Origin: Octopus vulgaris
Taxonomy: Eukaryota
Length of the DNA: 64,000 bases
Reading direction: 5' to 3'
Assembly: GCA_951406725.2 (NCBI GenBank)
Contig: OX597830.1
Location: forward strand, 310,001 to 374,000
The position numbers were made by a program, and so were the translations under genes. Positions 1 to 14,780 of this stretch are shown here, one piece after another. Every line of letters begins with the position of its first letter. Within the stretch, counting starts at the first letter, position 1. The notes beneath the pieces are model-generated. The model worked only from the letters and a program-made list of their open reading frames with translations, was not told the DNA's origin and ran no database searches.

Positions 1-530
1 ATATTTTTCACAGTTCTGTAGATAACAACGGGAATGTTTATGTCGATTAAATACCGAGAGCTCGAAAATTTGCGCAAACAACATTTTGCCTTGTATCCGT
101 GACAAGAAATAAATATCAACGGTTAAGCATACTCTTACAGGCCCCTTATCTATTACACATATTTGCTATAGCTACACGGATACAAATGAATCGATGGACG
201 ATGTTTGACTTGAAGGAAGACAAATAAAGCTAGGAATTAATAGACTGGACAAAACTCATCGCCAGAGGAAACTGAAGATGGGTGAGGTGTACTCGTCTCT
301 CATATACAGAACCAATTTGTTCATCAGAAAATCATTAGAGATAAGTATCCATACAAAAATCAATTATCAATAAAAAACTATAACAAGCGTTAGCCAGATT
401 GTTGCATAATGTTTGCCTGACGTTGGATATAGCAGCCAAATCTTCCTTAAGTGACACGTTATCGTATAAAAAGGACGCACATATATATACAGGTGGGGTA
501 AAAAAGGCTAACTTAACCCCGGAGTCGGGG

Positions 531-563
<33 letters not shown>

Positions 564-611
564 TTTATCAATTTGTGGTGATGTGAAATATGTTGAAACA
601 GATATTGTTGC

Positions 612-805
612 ATTTCGGGATGATCATTTTTATTTTTTGCCGAATAAACACACGCACTATATATTTGTTCTTCACTTGTTTATTACTGTCCTTTTTCTTT
701 TTAACTCATGTCCATTGTACGGACAATGGACATGAGTTAAAATAAAAAAAGAGAACAATAATAAACGAGTGAAGAACAAATATATAAAATAACACTCCCG
801 AAATA
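612..805. repeat. Fold-back inverted repeat next to a (TA)n tract
   Basis: Arms about 658-718 and 723-786 with loop ACGG (core ttttaactcatgtccattgt/acaatggacatgagttaaaa). Outer match atttcggga (612-620) with tcccgaaat (797-805). Confidence 0.85.
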
Positions 806-806
806 A

Positions 807-890
<84 letters not shown>

Positions 891-1992
891 ACGAATATAG
901 AAACTGGTAGAATGACCGCAGTTAAAACGCCGTTGACAGTAGAACTCTTCGCTTTCGATTTCATGCATGACAGTTAACAATATTAACGACATCACAAAGA
1001 GCAGCAGAGACATCTTTGTTCTAAAATACAGGGTTTTTCAAAGGAATTCTCAATCTATGTTAAGTATCATAATATTTTAATTCTGTAAATATAAAGTAAG
1101 GCACTTAGAATATTTTGATCTTTGCTCCTGTTATATTTTATAGTTGCACGAATATGTGTGCATATACACACATTTATACACATATACATATGTACGTTTA
1201 TATATATACTCGTACGTTTATATATATATATATATGCACACACATTTATATACATACATACATACACACATGCAAACAATATTTATGCAGTGTGTGTGTA
1301 AGCCTGGAACAATTAAGCATAAACCATAGGCAAGAATTTAATAAAAGAAAATTGATTTCGAAATTGTTCAATAAAATTGTTGCTTTTTATTACATGTACT
1401 CGTACTCCATTCTGCTTACTTCATATGAAAGAATTCATGTATGTGTGTGCATATGCATACATGTAACACATACACATATTTACACGTGCATATGTAGACA
1501 AGCATACACACATATGTACTTATACACACACACACACACACATACACACACATACACATACACACACACATATATATATATATATATAGACATATATATA
1601 TATATATATATATAGACATATATACATACATACACATACACACACACACATATATGTACATTTACACATATATATATGCATATATACGGTTACATCTATT
1701 TGAGTATTCCTACAGATACAGTCGAACATGATTACAAGGTGTTTGTGTGTCATCTGCGTTATGTGTGCCTAAATCTATGAATGCATCTAAGATTACTGAA
1801 GAAATGCTAAAACGGAGTTGGAAGCTAAACCAGCCTTCAGCAATTCGTTTGCAATATTTTAACAAATCGTCTAAGTTTTAGCTTTCGATTTCATATATTA
1901 CATTTTCGACTCAACGAAATATACATATACTTCTCACCAAAACGAATATACATATACACACATACACACACAATTGTGAAAACGCCATCTTT

Positions 1993-2030
<38 letters not shown>

Positions 2031-2148
2031 ACACACAAGATTGTACGTATACATCTACACGTACGTTTATACATATATGCATATATATCTATATACATAT
2101 ACATTCATACATAGACATATCTATACACTATATGTATATATATATATA

Positions 2149-2185
<37 letters not shown>

Positions 2186-3532
2186 ATATATATATATAAA
2201 TTTATGGGTTTTTGTGTGTGTGTGCGCGCGTATGCCTGTATATGTGCGCGCACACGTGCACGTGTTCGTGTGTTTCTAAGTATTTTTGTGCACCTATTAC
2301 CTTTGCAAAGAAACCGAAGTGAATACACTAAACATTACTTTTGATACATTCTCTTGCCCTTTCCTGTACATAAGCATGTCTTGCTAGAAAACTTTATATG
2401 TCGAGGTGTGTTCACATTTATTCCTCTGGATGTCTTACATTTTTAGTCTTTGCTAGTCTATACTGCCCTGTTCTCATCTTTAGTAAAAGGTTCATGGAAA
2501 CCAAATGCAGGACCATGGAAAATGTTCTTCCTTCCACAATATCTTTCGCCAATTTTTGCGATTTGCAAATAAGATTTCAAACAGTGTACTACAGCTTTTT
2601 ACGAATCTGTGCTGGATATCATAAGATTGACTCCTGTGATTGGTACGTGATTGGTTGTACCAATACAACCTGGGCCACCTAACAGGATCTGCTTTGGTGA
2701 GATCTACTCAAAAGACTGACTGTATTGTGCTCCTGTTGTATTTTACTATTTTAATTTCGTGATTGAGCACCGTACTATAACAAAACATCTACTGCGCACT
2801 GGAACGCCTCCTTTTAAACACTTTTGTGAAAAATCGGAATATTTCAAGATTTTGGATTTACCGCCTCCTGTAGTATTCTGAGCAGTTTGAGAACGGAGGT
2901 TCTGGTTGCTCACTCCTAATACCCTCGTAAATTATTTTCTCGATAGTATCAGGGGTTTTTCTTTGTCTTCGTTATTCTTTCCACTGACACCCTTGGGGGA
3001 ATTTTCATGTCAATTTCATTCTTGAATAATCCAACAGAGATGCTGCATGTTGTTTTTGATTTAGGTTCCTGTCTTAAGCTCTTTATCTCCTCCACATGTC
3101 TAGTTAGATCAAATGTTAGCAACAGGGAGCGTTGGTAAGCTACAACTTCTAAACAGAGAATATTTGCATGGCGTAGTTTCGCGCTGCCGCACATTCATTT
3201 ACAATTGGCATCGGCTTTTACATCTTTACAGCACTAAATAGACATTCCTCATGGTCATGTTCTTCGAAATACATATCAGAGATGCTTGATCTCAAACAGA
3301 AACTGCAGAAGTAAATGTTGCTAATGGTGAGCAGAAGAACTTTTGTACTTTGAGGAGCATTTCTAGATCTTCACATAGTCATGGCTGATTTAGCCCTTTT
3401 GTGATACGCCTCGTCTCATTGGGGCAGCGCTGCCTAGTCTATCCCCCAAGTGGAATTCTTTAGCTGATCTGTCCCAAACTGATATTCTGTAAGAATTGGG
3501 GTTGGGTGTGCCCCATACTACCAGATACTTCA

Positions 3533-3599
<67 letters not shown>

Positions 3600-3603
<4 letters not shown>

Positions 3604-4481
3604 GTGCGTAAGATATTTGAGGACAGATTTATGTTTATGAAAAACCGACAATAATCCCAGACAATAACTTTATCAAAAAATGCTATGATGATAAAAATGA
3701 ACCTTTTTGATAATATTTTTGAATAAAGCCACCTTTAGCTTCAACAACGGCTTCTATATGGATATCTAAATCATCTACATGCTCGAATCTTTGACAGCTT
3801 TCAAAGAATCTTTGGTGTTATGGGCGTGTTCATTGACCTCTCTCTCAACAACGCTCCAATGGATTGAGATCTGGGAAATTAGAAGGCCAAATGTTAAGGG
3901 TTATGTTATCATGAAATTTTCAGCTATCCATTCCTGTGTTATTAGAGCCATGTGTGAAAGTTCAAAATATTACAGAAACACACATGGCCTTCCATTGTAT
4001 ACACTGTTGATCCATGGCTTAGTTATTTCCAGAACCTCAATGTAGGTGGCAATATGACAAATTTATATTATTTAATCTCAACCGAAACAAGGCCCTATGC
4101 CCTCACTACCTCCCCCTGGTCTAAAAAAAAATCTGAGGCCTTGTGGAAAGAAGTAATGAGGCATCACATGTCCTTCATTGCTGACAATCCCTATAACCAT
4201 GACAGTTGCAGAAAATGTTTTATGCATAACACTTGGAACTTCAGAAGGGTCTGCACATAACCATTTGTTATTTCTTCTGTTAACTTTTTGATCTTGGAAG
4301 TTTTTCACGTTTGAGAAAAACCAAATCAAATCATCTGCTGGAGTTTTCAGTTTGCTTTTAGATCTGATGTTAGTGATTTTCTGAAACAAAGATTATACAG
4401 AGTTAGCAAAAAAAAAAAAAAAGAAATGCAACAATGACACCCCACCCCAAAATTATGTCCTCAAATACCTTATGCATCCTG
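3600..4481 (-). mobile_element. Internally deleted Tc1/mariner (DD37D/maT-like) DNA transposon
   Basis: Imperfect TIRs cagggtgcgtaagatatttgaggaca / tgtcctcaaataccttatgcatcctg, followed by TA on the right. Minus-strand remnant WFFSNVKNF..QKVNRRNNKWLC..VMVIGIVSNEGHVMP..PQGLR, then KPWI..WPSNFPDLNPL. N-terminal HTH missing; about 80-bp insertion near 4050-4130. Confidence 0.85.
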
Positions 4482-4551
4482 TATATTTATATAAACTCAC
4501 ACACATATACCTATATGCGCATTTATGTATGTATATGCACTTATGTAAATA

Positions 4552-4624
<73 letters not shown>

Positions 4625-5141
4625 GTGTGTGTATGTGTAGTTTCGTTCCGAGAGTATTTGTTCTTAGTTCAATATCTACTACACTTTCAGCGTCAGTGGA
4701 ACTAGTACTCTCCCCAGACTCTTCAGATTTAGCGAGGAATTTTATGTAGAAATATGGAAGTATTTCTGAAATAGATATAAGACGAGCGTTGCCATCAAAG
4801 ATACATATTTAAATGACTATGAATGAAGGAAGATATAAAATATTGCTTTATATTTGCATCGCTGCTTTGTGACTTGTTATAATCTTAGCGTGAAATATTT
4901 CCTTGGAGGAAATGTGTGGACACATTTATTAGAAAGTTCCAACCTTAAATATGAGACTATGTTTGCATCTTGGATAAGTTTAATCATTGGTCGGAGAAAA
5001 GTGAGTCGACCAACGTCTCAACACCATCCCAGTTTCGTTTCAGTTCAGACATTGTTTTCGTGGATTAACACTAACAAGTGTTTTCTTTTCTTTCTGAAAG
5101 TAGTGACGGCTTTTTAGCTATGACAAATGACCAAACGCACG

Positions 5142-5249
<108 letters not shown>

Positions 5250-6856
5250 CCTGAGGTTAGGTATGGATAATGTACAATATAATGTAAATTGTAATAGAAA
5301 TCGTTTATAAACACAAAATATATAAAAATGTGTGCATGATGGTTTGATAGATCGAATTGTGAGGCTAGCAAATAAAGGTGAAGTATTGGTGGGGTGGAAT
5401 TGGAAGAAATTTGGTGAAAATACCGTTATTACAGATTACAATGTCTAAACAAAATTTTTTATTTTACAAATTTTTTGTCTTTGGCCAGAAAGTGTTATTT
5501 CCTGTTTGCTTCTATGTAGAAATCAAAGGAAATTACTACTACTATTCCTTTCAAACTTTGCTTCTGAAACTTGGATATCAATGTTTTGAAACTGACCTAT
5601 TTTCCATTACATTTCAGACAGATTCAACGCCGAGTTGCCGAAGCAGAAATATCGTTGTTGCAAATATTCTGCTCAATACCACAGATTTGTTTGGCCTGAC
5701 CCCCTTGAGCATGTCCCTTTGTGGCTGACAATATGTGCACCTCTGATCATGAACGCGAGTAGTGGGAAGCATCACAGTTATAGGAATTCTTTGGTGTTTG
5801 AATAAATGCAAAAAAAGCTAATTTTTGTGGGAAATATTAACCATTTTAATTACTTTCTATGGTAAGCATATAATAAATAATTGTTACTACGCAAGGACAA
5901 AAGTCGTGTTTATCAAGAGCTGGCGAGAACAAGGATTTTCAGCATCGGTTTTAATCTATGCCTTTTCTATGCCTTTTCTTGTATAACATTCCGTAATAGC
6001 AAAGCGTATGAACTTGGTAATACAGCCTTGGATTTACCAAGTCGTCTGATGATGGATTTCCACTTAGTTTCTCGTCTTAACATTACCTGGTGTTAGCCTA
6101 GTGTATTTCTGTTAGTACAGAGCTTAAGACACATTTTGTCCTGATAACCCCCTATTAATAACAGTCTGGATAATCCCTTATTAATAACTACATATGCGTG
6201 TATGTGTGTGCAGAGAGAGAGAGAGAGAGAGAAAGAAAGAGAAAGAAAGAGAGATATCTTAGATATATTTTGGCCAAAGATTGGCCTAGGCCATGTCTTA
6301 CCTAATAGCCCCACCTGATAGGCCCATTCCTGTAGGAAGTTGTTGTTGACTGAGATGTACCCAGGTACTAGTGGCAAAACAAGTAACCCTTCAACAAATT
6401 TATCCAGGTTTCGTTTAAAGCTGATAGGATATTTTCCTTCCTTGATTTGTTTTGGGATAATGAAATGATATTGTGTTGCAGTCAGTTTATGTGTTGTTAG
6501 ATTGACATAAGTAGGGGCAGTGTGGTACGTGGCCCAGCCTTGGATGAATTCTGAATGTAATGTTATAAACGTCAGAGCAATTCTGGTGGTATATCCTCCA
6601 CATTTTATAAATGATGTTGCTAGAAAGAATCCTAAATTCAGGAAAAAGTTTACTTTATAAAAAAAGCAGCATTAAAATAATTAAGTTTACATTAATTAAT
6701 AAGAAAATATTTTGAAGTATTTCTAACGGGATTTTTTTTTACTTATTTAATAATATTAACTTAGTATGAGGTAGCCAGAGTAGTTCCCTGGAGACAGCAT
6801 CCGAAAACAAACAGGCCCAAAGGACACATTTGTAACATCATTTATCACCACCACCG

Positions 6857-6869
<13 letters not shown>

Positions 6870-6931
<62 letters not shown>

Positions 6932-6937
6932 TTACTA
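6870..6937. repeat. (TAC)n microsatellite
   Basis: Directly visible trinucleotide run. Confidence 0.95.
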
Positions 6938-7107
6938 CGTGCCAAGTGTTTAATAGCTCTTTTCACTTTTGTTAAAGTGAAAATTCAAATTTAATTCCAA
7001 CAAAATACATTGTTTTTCTGCCTTCATTTTATTTTTAAATACTTGACGACCATACACACACGCGCACACCTCTGTAAATATATGTGTGTGCGTGTAAAAA
7101 GTAATGC

Positions 7108-7206
<99 letters not shown>

Positions 7207-7219
7207 TACACACACATAT

Positions 7220-10090
7220 AGTTAAGTTAAGTTACTTTTTGGGCTCAAAAAGCAAAAAGCAAGGCCATGTAGGGGGACATGGAGTTATATACAGGGAGGG
7301 TGTTCATGCAAAGAGTTCAGGCCATTTCTGGTCAAGAAATACTTTGAACTGAGCGGTCATCGGCATCTTCGCTATCTCATCCGGCAGCTTATTCCACGGG
7401 TCCGCAACCCGGACGGAGAAAGCCCCTCTCCTTCGATTGAGATGAAATCGTTGTAGATAGAGCTTTTCGGAGTGACCCCGCAGCCCATGCTCTGGAGCAG
7501 AAGTGAAGAACAGCTCTTTCGAGAGGTTACACTTTCCGCTTATGATGTTGTGAGCGAAATGAGATCACCACGGCGTCGTCGTTTTTCGTGAGAATAAAGG
7601 TCGAGCGTCTTCAGCCTTTCTTCATAAGACAAATGCTTGAGACCCAGAACCATGTGGGTAGCCAGCTTCTGGACTCTTTCGAGATGCTGTATGTCTTTGA
7701 GGAGATAAGGAGAAGAGGCTTGAATTCCGTACTCCAATATGGGTCTCACCAGCGTGACAAAGAGCGGTAGGAATATGGCTACTGTGAGCATTCCGAATGA
7801 CCGTCGAATCAAAAACAGAACTCCGCGTGCTTTGTTTGCAGCATGGACGCACTGGGCCGAAGGCGAAAAGGAAGAATCCACCAAGATACCCAGCTCCTTT
7901 ACCTGATTGGTCCTCTCCAGCAGCAGACGATCCGGCTCGAAATCAAGTTGAGTTGTAGGAGAAGAGCCAACAGGCAGATGACAGCACTTTGACACGTTCA
8001 GGCACAGTTCCCATTCGTTAGACCATCTCCAAACTTGGTGAAGGCATCGACGAAGATCATCTATATCACTGCGAGGAGCGACCAGTTTGACATCATCGGC
8101 AAATAGAAGGGTGTGTTGTGTGAGTTCGTCCGGCAAGTCATTTATGAAGACTAAGAACAATAAGGACCCAAGCACTGAACCTTGAGACACGCCACTGCTC
8201 GCACTGGAGACGTCGGACAGCGAACCATTAACTTGGACTTAGAAGGAGCGATCTGAGAGGAAGGCACCAACCCATCGTATAATATCCGGATGGAAACTAT
8301 ATGCTTGAACCTTGACAAGTAATAGGCGGTGGTTTACCGAGTCAAAAGCTTTGGCAAAGTCCAATAAAACGACGTCAACAGCATCACCATCATCCAGTAT
8401 ACGCGTCACCAATTCTTCCATTACCAGTAAGTTGGTCAAGCATGATCTTTTCGGCACGAAGCCGTGTTGGGAATCAGAGATAGAGGCTGTGTTTTGGAGG
8501 TGGAGCAACATACTTTTCTTAAGGATGGTTTCGAACATCTTGCTGATTATTGAAGTAAGGGAAACCGGTCGGCAGTTAAGCGGTTCATCGCGGCTCCCTT
8601 TCTTGAAAATTGGGTAGATTATCGCTGTTCTCCAGTCCACATGTATAACACCCGTCGCCAATGACATATTGAATAGAAGTGTTAAAGGTTCGCAGATGAC
8701 CGGAGCCAACGCTTTGATAACTTGTGGGTGTATGCCGTCAGGGCCGTGACCCTTGTTGACATCGATGCCTTGAATAACGCGATCGACCATTGGAGGTATC
8801 GATCTATCAAATGGAGGGGGTTCACGACCATCATCTTGTTTGAAAATAGTTGAAAAAGCCTCGGCAAATAACTAACTCTGCTGATAAGGGTCCTCAATCG
8901 ATACGCCTGTTGAGTCTACCAACGTTGCAATTTGGTTGTTCAAGCGGGAATTCCGTTGGACATGGGCAACGAAGGGTTTTGGATTGTGACTGGTGTTTAC
9001 CGCGATTCTGTATTCATATCTGAAGCGTTCTTCCTTTTCAATTTTCACGGCAGTCGAATCTTGATTTTTGAATTCAGCCCAAGCAATATCTCTGAGTCGA
9101 AGTTCTCGTTTAACCTTCTTCGTCACCCAGGGCTTGTGTTTCTTCTTCTTGGGAAGCCCAACGGGAACTGCTTGGTCAGTCAACCAGATTACATACGACC
9201 ATAGTTCGTCAACTGAGGACATCGTCATCAGGGATCGCCAGTCCAGAAGCGCGGAAGCCTCGGTTAGAATTTCAAGATTCATCGCAGAGAAGACTCTACG
9301 TGGCAGCGAAGTAGTCGTGGGCGTAGAAAAAGTTGTGTGCATGTCGAACTTCAGGACCGCGTGATCACTCTTGGGAAGAGGGGCACACTCAGATAAGCCT
9401 GACACTGATCTTGGATAGCGGGAGAATACCAGATCCAGCATAGATGACTGCTGCCCAGACCGATGCCTTGTCGGAGATTCAACATGTTGCGATAGAAAAC
9501 AATTTTCAGCCACGTCAAGAAGGGTCTGGCCGAACCGGGAAGATGATGTACAAATTGATGCGGGCCAGTCGATCGTGGGAGCGTTGAAGTCTCCTAATAT
9601 CAGTCATGAGAAGTTGAAACGAATCTTATCGCTTTGAGTAAATGAGCATCGTCCTGGGGGTCGGCAAGAGGCGGCCTGTAGACAGCTAACACGGACAGGC
9701 AAAACCCGGATAGGCTCAGCTTGCAATAGACGGCGTCGAATTTTGTTGTAGGTTGAGCATTATTGGGTAGAATACCGCTGGACGGTTTGAGATCAGATTT
9801 GACATACAAAGCAACACCTCCACCTCGCCTTGTTTCTCTGTCACATCTGAAGAGGGCGTAGCCCTGTAGGTGGATTTCCGAGTCCTTTACTGCTGGAGTC
9901 AGCCAAGTCTCGGTGATAGCTATCACATCTGGGGAATCACGCATGGCCAGTGTAAATAATTCGCTGAACTTTGGAAATAAGGAGCACAAGTTTGTATAGA
10001 CGATGCTGAGCTGTGAAGTTTGAGGGGCGAGAATTAGGGAACAAGCAGAATAAGGGATATCAGAGATAGCATCGTTGTCGGGGGTATCTA
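7220..10090 (-). mobile_element. 5'-truncated CR1-clade LINE (ORF2 APE + RT), frameshifted
   Basis: APE motifs DVIAITETWL, RGGGVALYV, DFNAP, LDLVF, SDHAV. RT motifs GPDGIHP, RPVSLTS, QHGF..SCLTNL, LDFAKAFDSVNH, SQGSVLGSLLFLVFINDLP, LFADDVKL. C-terminus LSYEERL..RRRRGDLI. 3' tail (TAACT)n near 7220-7234, inside TA/CA microsatellite. Confidence 0.95.
7540..10010 (-). pseudogene. Disrupted LINE ORF2 (endonuclease-reverse transcriptase)
   Basis: ORF-track pieces 9600-9989, 8872-9513, 8239-8790 and 7540-8190 are colinear APE, linker, RT and C-terminal domains separated by frameshifts or stops. Confidence 0.92.
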
Positions 10091-10429
10091 CTTTACATAT
10101 ATATATACATCACGAGATTAATTATTTTCCCATCTTGAAATCCATTAATTATACAACGTTGTGTTGTTGTTGTTCTTATTGTGTACTACTGAGGCCTACA
10201 GTGGTGCGATGGCATGAGGTGGTGGGGGGCGTAGTAACATGACTAGCTTTTCATTTTCTTATGTGTTGCAAATATTTGAAATAACGACGGTTGGAAGAAG
10301 AGGGAGAGAGAGAGGAAGGGGGAGCGTGACAGACGGAATGAGAGAGAGATTGCTATATTTCAGTTGGGAAATTTAAATTTAAATACGCAGTGGGTCACTG
10401 TTTATAACTACGGACGCACACACGTACAC

Positions 10430-11440
10430 AATTTACATCTGCCCAAACTGGAGCGCATATTCCTCAGCCTTTTCATGAAGGAAAGTATTCCACTGGTTAT
10501 GCGCTCCATTTGCTGTCAATTGATGGCCGAGCAGTCGTGGCCTTTGATGCGCAGACATGCACTGAAGCTGTGATATCTCCAGCGCTTCCTTGATGGTGAA
10601 CCGGTATGGTTGCCGTTTGTCAGACAGGATTTTTCACAGCTCGTCTCTTTGTGCCAGCTGCAGTCCTGGATCAAGCGTAGACCGAGGTAGGGCAGCTGGC
10701 ACCTAGAGTAGAAGTCAGACGCTTACAATCCTGTGTCGGTCGGGTAATCCGGTCGGTGGAAGTTCAATTTTGACGTTCTATAGTGTGTTAGTGGTGAGCA
10801 AGTGCGACGACGTTCTCGGGGAGACTGGGAGTCGACGAGAATCATCTGACTGGTCGGTTCGAGAGGACTTTCGGGCTGGGCCCTATGAATAACGGAGTGA
10901 CAAAATGTTTCTGCACGAGTATTGCTGATCTGTGTGTTTATGTCGATCACCTATTGTGATGAGTAGGACGGACCCGGCTTCAGTCCGTTATGAAGATCGC
11001 CCTCTTCCTTTGGCTGAAATGGGCAAGCAGTGTTCCTTTATCAGGTAGCCTTATAGAAAGAGGTTGTGTAATGGACCAAACTGAATGGGCTGAAGACAGG
11101 CATTTCCTCTTTGACTAAACCTAACGAACTTTTTCAAGTTGTAAAGGAAAGAGATCGCAAAGAGGGGAGTGCTGCCTCCCAGGAATTTCGTTAACAGGTG
11201 GGTGAATATAGCGCGAATGGACAGGCCTACTCCAAGCATGTGCCTCTAGATCGTGGATTGATAAAGAGGAGAGAGAGTACGATCCCAAGAGACCAGGGAG
11301 ATTGTAGACTTGTCGGCTTTTCAACCTGCATCCCTTGAAAGACTCCCTCTTTTGAGGATCTTAATTGTTAGAATTTTCATTGTTATTTGGTTACCCGTTT
11401 CAGTCCCTCTCTATATTTTATTGTCCTGTACAGCACCATA
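10430..11440 (-). mobile_element. GC-richer decayed retroelement-like fragment (possibly LTR-element gag region)
   Basis: Abrupt GC-rich, microsatellite-free island. Only weak peptide hints and a TGG-starting PBS-like string near 11425-11440 (minus); no diagnostic motif. Confidence 0.25.
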
Positions 11441-11929
11441 AAAATATAATACAGATGAAAAATAGTTTTCACTATAATCAGGCATGTACATGTTCAGCGA
11501 TATCCATGTGTGTCCATATACGTAAATAAATATACAAGTATTTATGAATCAATTCGTGCGCATATATTTGTGTAGATAAATATTTAATATGACACATACG
11601 CTAGGCTACACACGACGCAGACTCAGAGAATGTTATTTCTAATTCCTAAAGTATGAAATTTTCAAATCATTTCCAAACGCGATTATTAAATGAAACTTAG
11701 TTTGCTGTTCATTCCAAAGAAATTGCTCGGTTCATCTTTCAATGTCAGCTGCTGTGAACAATACTATTTACTTTTAATTCCATTCCATATATTTCGGAGG
11801 AAGGTAAATCTTTCGGGAGTCGTAGAAGCAATTCCATGTGTAAATAAATATAACCGCACATGTGTAGCGACAAATATACACCTAGAATTAAACATGCGTA
11901 TACACTGCAGTATTATACTCATATTCATG

Positions 11930-11971
<42 letters not shown>

Positions 11972-12397
11972 GTGTATATTACCAATAAATATTAATAATT
12001 GTGTTTATGGATTCGGTGTAAATATACTTACACCTTTAACCTTGATAAAAGTTCAATTTGGCTGCATTGATTGTACTCCATGGCTAAAGCGCCTCGTGTC
12101 TTTCTACAAATAAGAATAGGATCGATTAGTTCCGCTGATATTTATCGGTTAGTCATGTGTCTGCTGATATACCTGGTCGGACAAACAGTAACTTGTATTT
12201 AAAATATCTTAATCTTAGTGCCTTAACTTATCAATTCGCATCAGAAGCGAATCCACGGAAATGGAAATAGGCATCGAGGAAACAAACGTTTTTTATACAA
12301 GTAACTCTAAACAACGGTTTACGTAAACTGTATATATTATTATTATTGTGTGTATGTGTGTGTGTGTGTGTGTGTGTGAATAGCTATATATATATTA

Positions 12398-12756
12398 CTA
12401 CTATTATATTCAAGTTCTCCGATTTCCTGACGACCTAATACAAGGTCACTCACAGGAATCCACTCGATTTTGGATAAATTCAGTTTTCCAAAAATGTTGA
12501 TAAACTTAGTTTTGTCCAGGAATTTTGAAATATTCAGAATTGTTGCAGTCACAAAGCATTTCAAGAGATCGTCCAAATTCAGATTGAGTAAAAAGCACAA
12601 ATATCAAAAATTAGGGACTTAAAACTTTTGCTTCCACATTTTCTTCTAAAAAATGTTTTATTTTTGGTCACGTGACATCTCTATAAAAATGTAAATTTTC
12701 ACTGTTTAAGCTCCGTTAATTTGTAATCGGGAGCGGAGGACCCGTCACACACCAGT
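12398..12756 (+). mobile_element. Possible decayed non-autonomous Helitron
   Basis: 5' end ctactattata. 3' GC hairpin cggg-agcggagga-cccg a few nt before CCAG|T (a CTAG variant). Flanked by TA/TG microsatellite. Confidence 0.4.
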
Positions 12757-13142
12757 GTGTGTTTATGCAAAAATGGTTTTAATCCCATCCATTTAAAAAA
12801 AAATATCTACTCTTTATATACAAGAATACAAACCCACACTCAACCGTAAATCCAAATGAGGTAACACCCAGATTCCACTCGGGAGTACCCTCTATAGCCA
12901 CCCCTTTCTCTCATTTACATGTGGCAATCCATCCATGCATGTTGAGATGAATGATACTAAAATACATGTATGTAGTTATATATAACCGTATGAGCGTACA
13001 TACTTTGATACTTATGTACGTATGTGTAGATGTATGTGTGTGGGTACTTGTGTGTATGTGTTCTGCGAGTATGTGAGTGTATGAGCATGTACATGCATGT
13101 ATGAATATGTGTGTAGATATATGTATTGTATATGTGTCAAAA

Positions 13143-13177
<35 letters not shown>

Positions 13178-14160
13178 ATAGAAGCAAATTTGAATTTGAT
13201 AACAGTGTCATATATATATGTATAGATGGATAAGCGTATATGTGTGTACACTTTAAGATTATACATATATTTGTGTATGTGTCTATATGATTGTGTACTT
13301 GTACAAGGTTGTATGTGCATATATGTATCTAAGACGTTGTATCCATTCACAATTAGACGGTGGTGAGAGGGACAAACGCACACGCACACGTATGTGGGTC
13401 TATATACATGTATAGATATATGTATATGTGTGTAACAAAGTAACAGTCATGTATACAACTTGAACAGACATATCAGTATTCAACATGCGTTCACATGTAC
13501 ACACACACAGACACATTTACACACTTACCTAAATACTCACGTACATACGTAGATACATACATGCGTATAGGCATGCACACATGCATGCATATGTATACAT
13601 ACATACGCACATATTCATCACGAACTGTTACTTCTCAGATGCAGCACGGAATTTGGCCAGTGAAGAGGTCGCGGTTTCAATCAAAGCGACGAAAATATTT
13701 TGGCAAATTAAATTTAAATCTTGAAGTAAATTTAGCGGATTTAAATGGCTTATAAGCACCTTCCACGCCGCAATTGTTTTCGTTCTAGCACACGATCTCA
13801 GATCAGGTCACTTGGTATGCAAGTACATCTCAGTACTCTTTATATATAATTCATAAAAATATAAATTTTCGAAAGTTAATTTGCATTAGAATATGGACGA
13901 AATATCACGGATATCCATGGGGAAACGACGTTTTATTTATTATTTATTTATTATTTATTTATTTATTTATTTATTTTCTGTTTCATTTGACTATTTAGAC
14001 ATGCAGCTGAATTATCATCTGTTAACGTCTATCACGGCAATTAGTACCGAAATCCTCAATTTTCGTAATTTCCGCATTTAAATTTGCGAAATCAATTTTC
14101 GTTGCTTAAATCCAAAACAGTTCCCATCTATATATGAGTATAGTCTTCATTTGCAAACTG

Positions 14161-14196
<36 letters not shown>

Positions 14197-14589
14197 TATC
14201 TCCAACTTTGAAGCCACATCTATCAACCTTGTTAAATAACTGGTTAATCTTCAGATGAATTAACTGAGGGAGCTTTTTATTCAAGATCGTAATGATTTTC
14301 GACTGAAACTTGAATTTATCATGAAGCGAGTTACTACAAACAACGTGGCCGGACACAACATCAACGACATATCCGAGGAACAGAACGAAACCTACAGCTC
14401 AACGGGTAAACTCTTTCTAGCTGCAGTTATTGAAGAGGCCGTAACGATATAAGCATTTCTAGACATGCATCTATATGCATGAAAATACATGCACAAAATA
14501 AAACATGCAAATCTCCACATATACATACAGTCACACATGCCCGTTCGCGCGCACCTGGGTACCAGGTACCAAATAAGAGGTGTACTTAA

Positions 14590-14780
14590 ATATACATGTG
14601 TCAGACGGGAAGGTGAGGGAAGTTCAGTTTCAGTACGCTTGTTTGAAAACATTCTGCCGAAGTCAACTTTGCCTTTTATCCTTTCGGGGTCGATAAATTA
14701 AGAGAATCTGTTGCGTCGATCTAATAGACTGGCCCCCACCCCAACAATTTCGCGCTTTGTGCCTAGAATAGAAAATATAG
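14590..14780 (+). mobile_element. Decayed copy of the abundant Octopus OK-like SINE
   Basis: gccgaagtcaactttgccttttatcctttcggggtcgataaattaag matches copies at 40791, 45075 and 50960. Confidence 0.7.

Noticed and set aside
2340-3390. Decayed LINE RT (VDLTKA-like string on minus)
   Set aside because: A single short motif with no colinear neighbours that I could verify; left unannotated.
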